Assembly (NCBI GenBank): GCA_965207695.1
Contig: CBDBNA010000005.1
Coordinates: 121,144-185,143 of the forward strand
Reading direction: 5' to 3'
Source: Dehalococcoidia bacterium
GTDB taxonomy: Bacteria; Chloroflexota; Dehalococcoidia; Bin125
Length of the DNA stretch: 64,000 bases
The position numbers and the translations under genes were made by a program. A model generated the notes under the pieces. The model was given only the letters and a program-made list of their open reading frames with translations, was not told the origin of the DNA and ran no database searches. Of this stretch, positions 38,588 to 48,692 are shown piece by piece. Position 1 is the first letter of the stretch; the number at the start of each line of letters is the position of its first letter.

Positions 38588-41383
38588 CTAACTCGACTTG
38601 CGCGCCCGCTTCTTCGCGGCCCGTTTCCTGCCGCGCGGCTTCGCGCCGCGCGACGCCGGCGCGCGCCCGGCGGCGCGCTTGCTCGCGCCCTTGCGGGCCC
38701 GCTTGGGCGCGAGCGCCCGCTCCGCGATCAGCGTCAGGGCCTGCTCCAGGGTCACTTGGCTGGGGTCCAGCGCGCGTGGGATGCTGGCGTTGGTCGTGCC
38801 GTCGGTCACATAGGGCCCGAAGCGTCCGTCGAGCAGCCGCACCGGCCGGCCCGAATCGGGGTGCGCGCCCAGATCCCGCAGCGCGCGGCTCGACGGGCGG
38901 CGCCGGAAGCCGGCGCTCTTCGGCTTCGCGAACAATTCCAGGGCCCGCTCCAGCGTGATCGTGTAGACGTCGTCTGTGTCCTCGATGGAGCGGGTGTCCT
39001 TCGGGTCGTCGCCGCGCTGCAGGTAGGGCCCGAAGCGCCCGTTGGCCGCGACGATCGACGCCCCGCCCTCCGGCGCGGCGCCCAGCACGCGCGGCAGCGA
39101 CAGCCACAGCAGCGCGTCCTCCAGGGTGACGTCGTCGAGTTCCATGCCCGGCGGCACCGACGCCCGCCTGGGCATCTCGGCGCGCTTCGTGCCGGGGGGC
39201 GGGTTCGGCCCGCGCTGCACGAACGGCCCGTAGCGCCCCGACTGCAGCAGCACGGGCTCCCGAGAGTCCGGGTCGCGGCCCAGGTCGCGCGGGCCCTCCA
39301 CGCGCCGGCTGAGCAACTCCATGGCGCGCTCCGCCGTCAGGTCGGCGGGCGCTTGGTCGGGCGGCAGCGAGGCCGTGTTGCCCTCGCCGCCCTCCCCGCG
39401 TTGCAGGTACGGCCCGAAGCGGCCGATGCGCACGACGATCGGCTCCTCACTGCCGGGCGCCTCCCCCACCGGGATCAGCGGGAAGGCGATCTCCGGCAGC
39501 TGCGCCTCGATCCGCCCCAATAGGCCCAGCCCCACGCCTGCCTCCCCGTTCCCATCCTCCCCGGGCTCTCCGAAGTAGAACGCGCGCAGGTGCGAGCCGG
39601 AGTCGGCCTCGCCGCGCGCGATGGCGTCCAGGGCCTCCTCCATGTCGGCGCTGAAGTCGGGCTCCACGAGGTCGCCGAAGTGGCGCTCCAGCAGGTCGGT
39701 CACGGCGTAGGCCAGGAAGGTCGGGACCAGCGCGTTGCCCTGCGTGAAGACGTAGCCGCGATCCTGGATCGTGCTCAGGATCGACGCGTAGGTGGAGGGG
39801 CGGCCCAGGCCGTCCTCCTCCAGCTTGCGCACCAGCGACGCCTCGGTGTAGCGCGGCGGCGGCTGCGTCTCGTGCCGCTTCGCCTCGACATTCGTTGGGC
39901 GCAGCGTCTCGCCCACCTCGACTGTGGGCAGCAGCCGCTCGTCGCCCTCTGCGGGCGCATAGGCCCGCAGGAAGCCGGGGAACACCACCCGCTGCCCGCG
40001 CGCCTCGAAGTGAGCGCGGTCGTCGGCGGGCCAGGCCGGGCCGAGCGGCACGTCGATGTCCACGACCGTGCGCTCGAGTTGCGCGTCGGGCATCTGGCTG
40101 GCCACGGTGCGCTGCCAGATCAACTCGTAGAGACGCCGCTGATCGCGGTTCAAGGCGCCGCGCAGCGACGCCGGCGTGCGGCGGAGGTGCGTGGGCCGGA
40201 TCGCCTCGTGCGCCTCCTGCGCGTTGCGGGAGCGGGTCTTGTAGCCGCGCGGGCCCTGCGCGAAGCCGTCGCCGTACTCCCGCGCGATCACGGTCTGCGC
40301 CTCGGCCAGGGCCTGGCTCGACAACGTGACCGAATCGGTGCGCATGTAGGTGATCAGCCCCTCACGCTCCGCCCCCAAATCCACGCCCTCGTACAGCCCC
40401 TGCGCGATCTGCATCGTGCGGCGCGCGCTGAAGCCCAGACGACGGTTCGCCTCCTGCTGCAACGTCGATGTCGTGAACGGCGGCGGTGGCCGGCGGCCGG
40501 CCGGGGTCGCCGTGACCTTCGTGACAGTCCACAGAGCGGCCGACTCCAACGCAGCGACCAGCGCGGTGATCCCATCCTCGTCCAGCAGCCGAACGCCCTT
40601 GCCGGTTTGTTCGCCGGTCGTGGAGTCGAAGTCGCGGCTGGTCGGCAGGCGATCGGATCCCAAGTGTTTCAGCGTCGCCGGCAGCGTCCCTTGCTGGGCG
40701 GCGAGGGTCGCCTCCGCGTCCCAGTAGACAGCGCGATGGAAGGCCGCCCGCTCGCGCTCCCGCTGCACCGTGAACCGCACGGCGACGCTCTGCACCCGCC
40801 CGGCCGACGTCCCCGCCCGGATCCGGCGCCACAGCACCGGCGACAGGCTGTAGCCGAACAGCCGGTCGAGGATGCGCCGCGCCTCCTGCGCCTCGACGAG
40901 GTTCTGATCGACGGCCCGCGGCGATCGCAGGGCGTCCTCGATCGCCTCCTGCGTGACCTCGTGGAAGACGATGCGCTCCACGGGCACGGCGGGCTCCAGC
41001 ACCTCGCAGAGATGCCAGCCAATGCTCTCGCCCTCGCGGTCCTCGTCCGTCGCCAGCAGCAGCTTGTCGGCCGTCTTCAATTCGCGCTTGAGCCGCCGCA
41101 CGTGCTCGGCCTTCTCCTTGGGCACGATGTACACCGGCTCGAAGTCCCGCTCGACGTTGACGCCGAGCTCCGCCCAGGCCTCGCCGCGGATCGCCTCCGG
41201 GCGCTCCTCCGCCCGGGCCGGCAGGTCGCGCACGTGGCCGTAGGAGGCATCGACGACGTAGTCCGGCCCGAGGAAGCGGCCGATCGTCTCCGCCTTGGCC
41301 GGCGACTCAACGATCACCAGCTGCTTGCCGCGTGTGGCCTTCGCCCGCGCGCGCTTGCGGGCCGGCGTCTTAGCGGCGCACAT
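38588..41383 (-). CDS. topA: DNA topoisomerase I, mycobacterial-type C-terminus (four GR(F/Y)GPY repeats plus a Lys/Arg tail, no Zn ribbons)
   Basis: TOPRIM (LVIVESPAKAETI); active-site region; C-terminal repeats GRFGPYLQ / GRYGPFVQ / GRFGPYLQ / GRFGPYVT; tail KRARKGASKRAAGRAPASRGAKPRGRKRAAKKRARKSS. Confidence 0.9.
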   Translation of the reverse strand: MCAAKTPARKRARAKATRGKQLVIVESPAKAETIGRFLGPDYVVDASYGHVRDLPARAEERPEAIRGEAWAELGVNVERDFEPVYIVPKEKAEHVRRLKRELKTADKLLLATDEDREGESIGWHLCEVLEPAVPVERIVFHEVTQEAIEDALRSPRAVDQNLVEAQEARRILDRLFGYSLSPVLWRRIRAGTSAGRVQSVAVRFTVQRERERAAFHRAVYWDAEATLAAQQGTLPATLKHLGSDRLPTSRDFDSTTGEQTGKGVRLLDEDGITALVAALESAALWTVTKVTATPAGRRPPPPFTTSTLQQEANRRLGFSARRTMQIAQGLYEGVDLGAEREGLITYMRTDSVTLSSQALAEAQTVIAREYGDGFAQGPRGYKTRSRNAQEAHEAIRPTHLRRTPASLRGALNRDQRRLYELIWQRTVASQMPDAQLERTVVDIDVPLGPAWPADDRAHFEARGQRVVFPGFLRAYAPAEGDERLLPTVEVGETLRPTNVEAKRHETQPPPRYTEASLVRKLEEDGLGRPSTYASILSTIQDRGYVFTQGNALVPTFLAYAVTDLLERHFGDLVEPDFSADMEEALDAIARGEADSGSHLRAFYFGEPGEDGNGEAGVGLGLLGRIEAQLPEIAFPLIPVGEAPGSEEPIVVRIGRFGPYLQRGEGGEGNTASLPPDQAPADLTAERAMELLSRRVEGPRDLGRDPDSREPVLLQSGRYGPFVQRGPNPPPGTKRAEMPRRASVPPGMELDDVTLEDALLWLSLPRVLGAAPEGGASIVAANGRFGPYLQRGDDPKDTRSIEDTDDVYTITLERALELFAKPKSAGFRRRPSSRALRDLGAHPDSGRPVRLLDGRFGPYVTDGTTNASIPRALDPSQVTLEQALTLIAERALAPKRARKGASKRAAGRAPASRGAKPRGRKRAAKKRARKSS

Positions 41384-42458
41384 AGGTCATTGGTCCCACC
41401 TGGCGCACGACGCCCTTCATCTCGAGCATGGCGAGGGTGCTGCTGACCGTCGCGACGGGCAATCCAGCCAGCCGCACGCAGTCGTCGACGTGCACCGGGT
41501 CGCTGCCCACGCGCTCAAGCACGGCCGACTCCGTGGGGTCGTCGGGCAGCAGCGCCGACATCTCCAACTGCTGCTCGACCATCTGCAGGTTCAACTCCTC
41601 CAGGATGTCGGAGACGTTCGTCACCAGCTTGGCCATGCCCTGCTGGATGAGGGCGTTGCTGGCCTTGCTCGTCGGCGAGCTGATCCGGCCCGGCACGGCG
41701 AACACCTCGCGGTTCTGCTCGTTGGCCCAGTTGGCGGTGTGCAGGGCGCCGCTTCCCTGCGGCGCCTCGACGACCAGCGTGCCCAGCGTCAGCCCCGAGA
41801 TGATCCGGTTGCGGCGCGGGAAGTAGTCGGGCCGCGGCGGCGTGCCCAGCGGCTGCTCCGAGACCACCGCCCCGTCCTCGGCGATGCGCTGGGCCAACCC
41901 GGCGTGCTCCGGCGGGTAGACCATGTCGAGCCCGCAGGCCAGCACGGCGATCGTGCGGCCGCCCGCCTCCAGGGCCGACTCGTGCGCGATCGCGTCGACG
42001 CCCCGCGCCAACCCGCTCACCACCGTCACCCGGTTGCCGGCCAGCCCGCTGCTCAATTCCGCCGTCACCTGCCGACCGTAGGGTGACACGCGGCGCGTCC
42101 CCACCACCGCCACCGCCCATTCGTCGGTCGGCAGGATCTCCCCACGGACGAAGAGCAGCGGCGGCGCGTCGTAGATCTCGCGCAGCCGGGGCGGATAGGC
42201 GTCGTCGTGGCGGGTGTAGACCTGCACGCCCGAGGCCTGCAGCTTGGCCATCTCGCTGTCGGGGTCGGTGCGCCCGCGGGCCTGGTGCAGCGAGCGCAGC
42301 GTCGCACCGTCGATGCCGGCCTGGCGCAGTTCGTCGTCCGGCGCCGACCACGCGTCGGCCATGGAGCCGAAGTACGCCTCCATCTGCGCCATGCGCTTCG
42401 CGCCGATGCGCGGCACGCGCGCCAGGGCGAGCCGGTAGGACAGGTCCGACTGCGGCAT
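41370..42458 (-). CDS. dprA: DNA processing protein DprA (SMF family)
   Basis: Rossmann-like DprA core (VVSGLARGVDAIAHESAL...GGRTIAVLACGLD) and a C-terminal winged-helix domain. Overlaps the topA start by 14 bp. Confidence 0.85.
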   Translation of the reverse strand: MPQSDLSYRLALARVPRIGAKRMAQMEAYFGSMADAWSAPDDELRQAGIDGATLRSLHQARGRTDPDSEMAKLQASGVQVYTRHDDAYPPRLREIYDAPPLLFVRGEILPTDEWAVAVVGTRRVSPYGRQVTAELSSGLAGNRVTVVSGLARGVDAIAHESALEAGGRTIAVLACGLDMVYPPEHAGLAQRIAEDGAVVSEQPLGTPPRPDYFPRRNRIISGLTLGTLVVEAPQGSGALHTANWANEQNREVFAVPGRISSPTSKASNALIQQGMAKLVTNVSDILEELNLQMVEQQLEMSALLPDDPTESAVLERVGSDPVHVDDCVRLAGLPVATVSSTLAMLEMKGVVRQVGPMTYVRR

Positions 42459-42584
42459 CGTGTCCTCAACACCCTCCCCGACCGCCGGGCCCCGGTGAGC
42501 CCCGCCGGTTCCGGGGTCGCGTTTCCGACAGTGACGGTAGCAAGCCCCCCGCGCGCTCTGTCCAGTGCCCCCGCCGCGCGACCG

Positions 42585-43883
42585 CTACCCAGTGAGCGAT
42601 CGATCCGTCTCCAACGCTTCGCCATCCGCCGCCACGGCATCGGGCGCGTGCGCCCGAACGCGGGCGATCCGCCGCCCGTCCAGGCGCACGACGGTCAGCA
42701 CCAGCCCCTCCACGCGGACCTCGTCGCCGGCGGCCGGGATCTTGCCCAGCCGGTCGAAGACGAAGCCGCCGACGGTATCCGGGTCGTCCTCGCCGAAGCG
42801 GCAGCCGAAGAGGTCGGTCAGCGAGTCGCGGGAGGCGCGGCCGTCGAGCAACGCCTCCGTGTCGGAGATGCGGTACACCGGCGCCACCGTGAAGCGGTCG
42901 TACTCGTCCTCGATCTCCCCCACGATCTCCTCCAGCAGATCCTCGATGGTCACGATGCCCGCCGTGCCGCCGTACTCGTCGAGCACGATCGCGATGTGCA
43001 CGCGCAGCGCCTTGAACTCCGCCAGCAACTCGTCGACCAGCTTGCTCTCGGGCACGAGCAGCGGCGGCCGCATCAACTCGCGCACCGGCGTCTCGCGCCC
43101 CACCAGCAGCGTCGCCAGGGCGTCCTTCGCGTAGAGCACGCCGACGATGTTGTCGATGCCGCCCTCCCAGACGGGCACCCGGGAGTAGCCGTTGTCGACC
43201 GCCACCTGCGCGGCCTCCCGCGCCGTCAGGGCCACGTCCACCGCCACGATGTCGGGGCGCGGCACCATCGCCTCGCGCACCGCCGTGTCGCCGATCTCCA
43301 CGACGCGGCGGATCATTTCCCGCTCGCCCTCCTCGATCTCCTCCTCGCCCTGCTCCAGCAGCACCTCCAGCTCGGTGGGTTCCGGCGCGTGCTCGTCGCG
43401 GCCTTTGCGGAAGCGGCTGACCAGCATCGCCGGCGCCTCCAGCACGAACGCCGGGCCCAGGAAAAGGGTGTCGAGCGCGTCCATCGCACGGGCGAAAGCC
43501 AGCCCGTAGCCCTCGGGGCTCGACTGAGCGAGGCGGCGCGGCACGGCCTGTGTCAGCCCCGCGACGATGCCGCCCACGACGGCGGTCACGATGACCACGT
43601 CCCAGGTGAAACCGAACTCGCGGATCATCACGTACTCCGCCGCCGCGAGCCCCGTGACCACCGCCAGCGTGCGGCCCACGGCGTACGAGCCCAGCGCCCG
43701 CTCGCGGTTCTGCGTGATGCGTTGCAGCCGCTGGCGGCGCGGGTCGTCGGGATCCCGGCTGTGCAGCAGCCGCGCCCGCGATCGGCTGAGGCTGACGACG
43801 CCCGCCTCCGCGATCGCCTCCAGCGCCAGCAGCGAGTAGGCCGCCAGCAGGATGATCAGGGCCGCGATCGATGGGCCGCTCAT
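42585..43883 (-). CDS. Hemolysin-family membrane protein, DUF21-CBS pair-CorC/HlyC (TlyC/CorC-like)
   Basis: N-terminal DUF21 TM region, tandem CBS domains, C-terminal CorC_HlyC domain. Confidence 0.8.
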   Translation of the reverse strand: MSGPSIAALIILLAAYSLLALEAIAEAGVVSLSRSRARLLHSRDPDDPRRQRLQRITQNRERALGSYAVGRTLAVVTGLAAAEYVMIREFGFTWDVVIVTAVVGGIVAGLTQAVPRRLAQSSPEGYGLAFARAMDALDTLFLGPAFVLEAPAMLVSRFRKGRDEHAPEPTELEVLLEQGEEEIEEGEREMIRRVVEIGDTAVREAMVPRPDIVAVDVALTAREAAQVAVDNGYSRVPVWEGGIDNIVGVLYAKDALATLLVGRETPVRELMRPPLLVPESKLVDELLAEFKALRVHIAIVLDEYGGTAGIVTIEDLLEEIVGEIEDEYDRFTVAPVYRISDTEALLDGRASRDSLTDLFGCRFGEDDPDTVGGFVFDRLGKIPAAGDEVRVEGLVLTVVRLDGRRIARVRAHAPDAVAADGEALETDRSLTG

Positions 43884-45286
43884 GACGTGTCCCGCCGGGC
43901 CCGTCGCATGCGGGCCGGGCTGCCGGCCGCCAGGCTGCCCGCCGGCACGTCGCGGCGCACCACCGATCCGGCCGCCGTGGCCGCTCCGTCGCCGATCGTC
44001 ACCGGGGCGATCAGCAGCGTGTCGCTGCCGATGAAGCAGCCGACCCCGATCGTCGTGCGGTGCTTGCGGGCGCCGTCGAAGTTGCAGGTGATCGCGCCCG
44101 CGCCGATGTTGCTATCGGCTCCCACGTCGGCATCGCCCAGGTACGAGAAGTGCCCCATCTGCACGCCGCGATGCAGGTGCGCGTTCTTCGTCTCGGCGTG
44201 CGTGCCGATGTGCACGTGCGCGTCGAGCACGGTGCCCTCGCGCAGGGTGCTGAATGCCCCCACGTCGACGCCGTCGGCCAGCACGGCTCCCTCGCTGCGG
44301 CACTGCACCAGCGCGCAGTCGTCGCCGGTGCGGGTGTCGATCAACACGGCGTTCGGCCCCACGAGGTTGCGGCGTCCCAGCGCGGTCGCGCCGCGCAGGT
44401 GCGTGCCCGGCTCGATGCGGCTCTCCTCCCCGACCACCACGCCGGCGTCGATGTAGGTCGTCGCCGGATCGACGATCGTCACGCCCGCGTCCATCCAGCG
44501 CGCGTTGATCCGATCGCGCAGCACGCGCTCCGCCCGCGCCAAGTCGCGCCGCGACTCGACGTTCAGCGGTCCGTCGGGCGCATCGACCACGACCGCCGCG
44601 GCCTCTCCCCGGTCGGCCGCGTTGGCCACGGCGTCGGTCAGGTAAACCTCGCCGGTGGCGCGGGCCGGCAGGGATGTGAGCGCGCGCCAGAGCCAGGCTG
44701 CATCGGCCCGGTAGATCCCCACGTTGACCTCGTCGATCGCCTTCGTGGCGGCGTCCGCATCGACCTCCTCCACGACGGCCCGCAGCCGCCCGCCCTCGCG
44801 GCAGACCCGGCCCAGCCCGGCCGGATCGGGCACGCGCGCCGCCGCCAGCGTCAGGCACGACGGCGGTGCGGCCAGCACGGCGCAGACGTCCTCGGCGCGG
44901 AGCAGTGCCAGGTCCCCGTTGACGATCAACACCTCGCCGTCCGCCGCCAGGTGGCGCGCCTGCAGGGCCGCGTCCGCGGTGCCCAGCGGCGCCGGCTGTC
45001 GCACGAAATCCACGCCGAGGTCCGCCGGCGCGCCCGCGCGGACCGCCGCCTCGACCGCCTCCGCGCCGTGCCCCGTGACGACGACCGCCCGCCGGACGCC
45101 GCCGTCGCGCAGGGCGTGCAGGACGTGCAGCGCCACGGGCCGCCCCACGAGGGGCTGGAGCGGCTTCGGCACATCGGAGCGCATACGCGTCCCGCGCCCG
45201 GCCGCGAGCACCACGGCAGTCGGCGGCGACGTATGGTCGTCCGGATCGGGAGGTTGGTCGGAGTCCGCGGGGTCGGTCGTGCCCAC
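43880..45286 (-). CDS. glmU: Bifunctional UDP-GlcNAc pyrophosphorylase / GlcN-1-P acetyltransferase GlmU, with an N-terminal extension
   Basis: VVLAAGRGTRM nucleotidyltransferase motif; C-terminal left-handed beta-helix hexapeptide repeats. Confidence 0.9.
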   Translation of the reverse strand: MGTTDPADSDQPPDPDDHTSPPTAVVLAAGRGTRMRSDVPKPLQPLVGRPVALHVLHALRDGGVRRAVVVTGHGAEAVEAAVRAGAPADLGVDFVRQPAPLGTADAALQARHLAADGEVLIVNGDLALLRAEDVCAVLAAPPSCLTLAAARVPDPAGLGRVCREGGRLRAVVEEVDADAATKAIDEVNVGIYRADAAWLWRALTSLPARATGEVYLTDAVANAADRGEAAAVVVDAPDGPLNVESRRDLARAERVLRDRINARWMDAGVTIVDPATTYIDAGVVVGEESRIEPGTHLRGATALGRRNLVGPNAVLIDTRTGDDCALVQCRSEGAVLADGVDVGAFSTLREGTVLDAHVHIGTHAETKNAHLHRGVQMGHFSYLGDADVGADSNIGAGAITCNFDGARKHRTTIGVGCFIGSDTLLIAPVTIGDGAATAAGSVVRRDVPAGSLAAGSPARMRRARRDTS

Positions 45287-45484
45287 GTGTGTCCCTCGGC
45301 GCGAGGACGGTCGTCGTCCCGCGCCCGGCAGCCTGCCTCAGGCCGCCAGAATCGTGCGAGAAACGTAGAAAGGGGCCGGCCCGACTGTCAACCGGAGCGC
45401 CCCGGCGGGCCGCGGGGGGCGGACGTGAGCGCGGGCGTTCGTATACTTTCCCCAGCCCGACCGCGCACCCGCCGCCGACCGGAG

Positions 45485-48400
45485 ACCGCCCGCATGCAAG
45501 CCGACCGCATCCGCAGCACGTTCCGCGAGTTCTTCGAGCAGCACGACCACCTGGCCGTGGCCAGCGCCCCGCTCGTCGCGCCGGGCGACCCGACGCTGCT
45601 CTTCACGAGCGCGGGCATGGTGCCCTTCAAGCCCTACTTCATGGGCCAGGCGGCGCCGCCGCAGCCGCGCCTGACCTCGACACAGAAGTGCTTCCGCACG
45701 ACCGACATCGACGAGGTCGGCGACGAATCGCATCTGACGTTTTTCGAGATGATGGGCAACTTCTCCCTGGGCGACTACTTCAAGGCCGAGGCCCAGGCCT
45801 GGGCCTGGGATCTGGTCACGAAGGTCGTGGGCGTGCCCGCCGACCGGCTCGTGACGACCGTCTTCCTCGACGACGACGTGGCGCACGAGAACTGGCGCAA
45901 AATTGGCGTGCCCGAGGATCGCATCTATCGCTACGGCGAGGACCAGGGCAACTACTGGTTCTCGGGCCTCAACGGCCCCTGCGGCCCATGCTCCGAGATC
46001 CACTACGACCTCCGGCCCGACGGCTCGCACCCCGGCCCCGCCGCCGACGAGGACCGCTACCTGGAGATCTGGAACCTCGTCTTCATGCAGTTCCTGCAGA
46101 ACCCCGACGGCTCCCGTACGCCCCTGCCCAAGCAGAACATCGACACCGGCGCGGGGCTGGAGCGCTGGGCGATGATGCTGCAGGACACCCCGACGCTGTA
46201 CGAGACCGACGTCTTCGCGCCGCTGCTGGCCTACGTCGCGGAGCGCTGCGCGCGCGACTACGCGACCGCGCCCGACGCGGAGCAGTCGGCGCTGCGGGTC
46301 GTCGTCGAGCACGGCCGCTCGATGACCTTCCTCGTCTCCGACGGCGTCCTGCCCAGCAACGAGGGGCGCGGCTACGTGCTGCGACGCCTGATCCGCCGCG
46401 CGCTCTACATGGCCCACACGCTGGGCATCCAGGAGCCGCTGCTGGTCGACGTCGCCGCGCAGGTCCGCGGCCACATGGGCGACGCCTACCCGGAAATCCG
46501 CGATCAGGCGGCGCTGGTCGACAACGTGCTCGCGCAGGAGGAACAACGTTTCCGCCGCACGCTGGAGACCGGCCACACGCTACTGGAGGAGCAGACGATC
46601 CCCCTCAAGCGCGTCTTTGCGGCCACCTCGGCGCCGTTCCACGAGCGCGCGCGGGCCGCCGCCGGGACCGAGGCGCTGGCCGGCGTCGCGACGGAGTGGC
46701 GCGACGCCCTGGCCGGCGAGTTGCGCGGCTTCTCCGACCTGCGCAACCGCCCCCTGGCCGATCTCTCGCAGCGGCTGGCCCTGGCGCCGGTCGAGCGACT
46801 CGCTGGGGCGGAGGAGGCCCCGGACGGGGACGCGCTCGCGGCCCTGCTCGACCGGCAACGGGCGGCCACGCAGGCCGTCGCCGGCGAGGAGGCCTTCGTC
46901 CTCTACGACACCTACGGCTTCCCCATGGAGCTCACCCGCGAGGTCGCCCGCGCGGCCGGCCTGGGCCTGGACGAGAGCGGCTTCGAGAGCGCGATGGCGC
47001 AGCAGCGCTCGCGCGGGCAGGCCGCCTCGGAGTTCCAGACCGACGCCGCCGAGCACCTCTTCGCCGGCATCGACGGCCGCACCGACTTCCTGGGTTACGA
47101 CTCGGTCGCCGCCGAGGGGCGCGTGCTCGCGCTCATCGTCGACGGAGAGCGGCGGCAGCGGGTCGAGGTCGGCGAGCCGGGCGAGGAGGCGCCGCTGGAG
47201 GTCGTGCTCGACCGCACGCCGTTCTACGCCGAGGGCGGCGGGCAACAGGGCGACTCCGGCCGCCTGGTGGGGCCCGGGGGCGAGATCGCTGTGGGCGACA
47301 CGCAGCCCCGCGGCGACCTGCAGACCCACCTGGGCACGCTGGCGGCCGGATCGATCGCCGTCGGCGACCCGGTGCAAGCCACCGTCGACCTCGAGCGCCG
47401 CCACGGGCTGATGCGCAACCACACCGCCACCCACCTGCTGCACGCGGCCCTGCGCGCCGTACTGGGCGACCACGTGCGCCAGGCGGGCTCGCTCGTCGCG
47501 CCCGACCGGCTGCGCTTCGACTACACGCAGCCCGGCGCGCCCGCCGCCGCCGAACTGGCCGATGTGCAGGAACTCGTCAACGCCCGCATCCGCGACGACA
47601 TCGCCGTGGGGACGAACGAGATGCCCTACGCGCAGGCGCTGGAGTCGGGCGCGATCGCCATCTTCGGCGAGAAGTACGCCAGCGACGTCCGCGTCGTCGA
47701 GATCTGCGACCCGGCCCCGCACGTGCACGACTGCTTCAGCAAGGAGCTGTGCGGCGGCGTGCACGCGCCCGCGACGGGCTTCGTGGGTGCGTTCCAGATC
47801 GTCAGCGACGCCAGCATCGGCGCGGGGCTGCGCCGCATCGAGGCGCTCACCGGGGCGGCCGCCGGGGCCTGGCAGCGGCGCCGGCTGGAGTCGCTGCAGC
47901 ACACGGCCCAACTGCTCAAGACGCCCCCGGAGGAGGTGCCGGCGCGGGTGCAGGCGCTGCAGGACGAACTCGCCGACGCGCGCCGACGACTGGCCGAGAT
48001 CGAGCGGCAGGCGGGCGCGGCCTCGGCCGGGGACCTGGCGGCCGACACGGTCGAAGTCGCGGGCGTGCCCCTCGCTACCGGCCACATCGAGGTCGAATCC
48101 TCCGACGCGCTGCGCCGCGCCGGCGACGAACTGCGCACGCGCATGGGCAGCGGCGTCATCGTGCTGGCGACGGTGGCCGGCGGCAAGCCGCAGTTCCTCT
48201 CGATGATCACGCCGGACCTGGTCGAGAGGGGCCTGCACGCGGGCGCCCTGATCAAGCAGGTGGCGCGGGTCGCCGGTGGCGGCGGCGGCGGCCGGCCCGA
48301 GATGGCGCAGGCCGGCGGTAAGGATCCGGGCCGGGTGGACGACGCCCTGGCGGCCGTCCCGGCCATCCTGCAGCGTTTGATCGACGAGCAGGGGCGCTAA
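45485..48400 (+). CDS. alaS: Alanine--tRNA ligase
   Basis: FREFFEQHDH...FTSAGM...class II core; editing-domain HxxxH...CGGVH (NHTATHLLHAAL ... CGGVHAP); C-terminal DHHA1. Confidence 0.9.
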   Translation, partial: TARMQADRIRSTFREFFEQHDHLAVASAPLVAPGDPTLLFTSAGMVPFKPYFMGQAAPPQPRLTSTQKCFRTTDIDEVGDESHLTFFEMMGNFSLGDYFKAEAQAWAWDLVTKVVGVPADRLVTTVFLDDDVAHENWRKIGVPEDRIYRYGEDQGNYWFSGLNGPCGPCSEIHYDLRPDGSHPGPAADEDRYLEIWNLVFMQFLQNPDGSRTPLPKQNIDTGAGLERWAMMLQDTPTLYETDVFAPLLAYVAERCARDYATAPDAEQSALRVVVEHGRSMTFLVSDGVLPSNEGRGYVLRRLIRRALYMAHTLGIQEPLLVDVAAQVRGHMGDAYPEIRDQAALVDNVLAQEEQRFRRTLETGHTLLEEQTIPLKRVFAATSAPFHERARAAAGTEALAGVATEWRDALAGELRGFSDLRNRPLADLSQRLALAPVERLAGAEEAPDGDALAALLDRQRAATQAVAGEEAFVLYDTYGFPMELTREVARAAGLGLDESGFESAMAQQRSRGQAASEFQTDAAEHLFAGIDGRTDFLGYDSVAAEGRVLALIVDGERRQRVEVGEPGEEAPLEVVLDRTPFYAEGGGQQGDSGRLVGPGGEIAVGDTQPRGDLQTHLGTLAAGSIAVGDPVQATVDLERRHGLMRNHTATHLLHAALRAVLGDHVRQAGSLVAPDRLRFDYTQPGAPAAAELADVQELVNARIRDDIAVGTNEMPYAQALESGAIAIFGEKYASDVRVVEICDPAPHVHDCFSKELCGGVHAPATGFVGAFQIVSDASIGAGLRRIEALTGAAAGAWQRRRLESLQHTAQLLKTPPEEVPARVQALQDELADARRRLAEIERQAGAASAGDLAADTVEVAGVPLATGHIEVESSDALRRAGDELRTRMGSGVIVLATVAGGKPQFLSMITPDLVERGLHAGALIKQVARVAGGGGGGRPEMAQAGGKDPGRVDDALAAVPAILQRLIDEQGR

Positions 48401-48437
48401 GGGCTATTCCCACGGGACGGGCCTCCCGGCGGGACGG

Positions 48438-48467
48438 TTGACACTCTCTCGCTCCATCCGCTATATT
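48438..48467 (+). promoter_or_regulatory. Near-consensus sigma-70 promoter: TTGACA, 18-bp spacer, TATATT
   Basis: Read directly from the sequence. Sits in a low-GC spacer, which is unusual for this genome. Predicted TSS about 48474. Confidence 0.45.
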
Positions 48468-48474
48468 GTTCTCA

Positions 48475-48692
48475 TAGAACGCGTATCGCGTGTCCTGGAT
48501 CCCGACCGACACCAGCCACGGACTCGGATGAGCCCGTGAAAGAACGTGAAAGATCGTGCAAGATCCGGCAAGTTCGTGCCGGATTCGTGCTCCCAGATGC
48601 GCCCAGATGCTCCAAAATGCGCGCCGGTGCAAGCCCATGCAACCCCATGACTCCACGTGACCGGGCAAGATCCCCAGTAAACATGGGGTTTT
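48475..48692 (+). ncRNA. Candidate roughly 215-nt small RNA (unknown family) containing about 13 degenerate 10-nt periodic repeats
   Basis: Bounded by the promoter above and a hairpin + U-tract. No RBS-supported ORF. About 52% GC in a 70% GC genome. Internal units cgtgaaagaa/cgtgaaagat/cgtgcaagat/ccggcaagtt/cgtgccggatt/cgtgctccca/gatgcgccca/gatgctccaaa/atgcgcgccg/gtgcaagccc/atgcaacccc/atgactccac. Confidence 0.3.
48672..48692 (+). terminator. Intrinsic terminator candidate: CCCCAgtaaacaTGGGG + TTTT
   Basis: 5-bp GC-rich stem, 7-nt loop, T4 tract. Confidence 0.4.

Noticed and set aside
44060-45484. N-terminal 475-aa extension of the alaS ORF
   Set aside because: It is antisense to the well-supported glmU. 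AlaS homology begins at MQADRIRSTFREFFEQ (45485).
45287-45484. T-box leader upstream of alaS
   Set aside because: No recognisable T-box sequence (AATTAGGGTGGNACCGCG-like) or specifier/antiterminator architecture is visible in the 200-bp leader.
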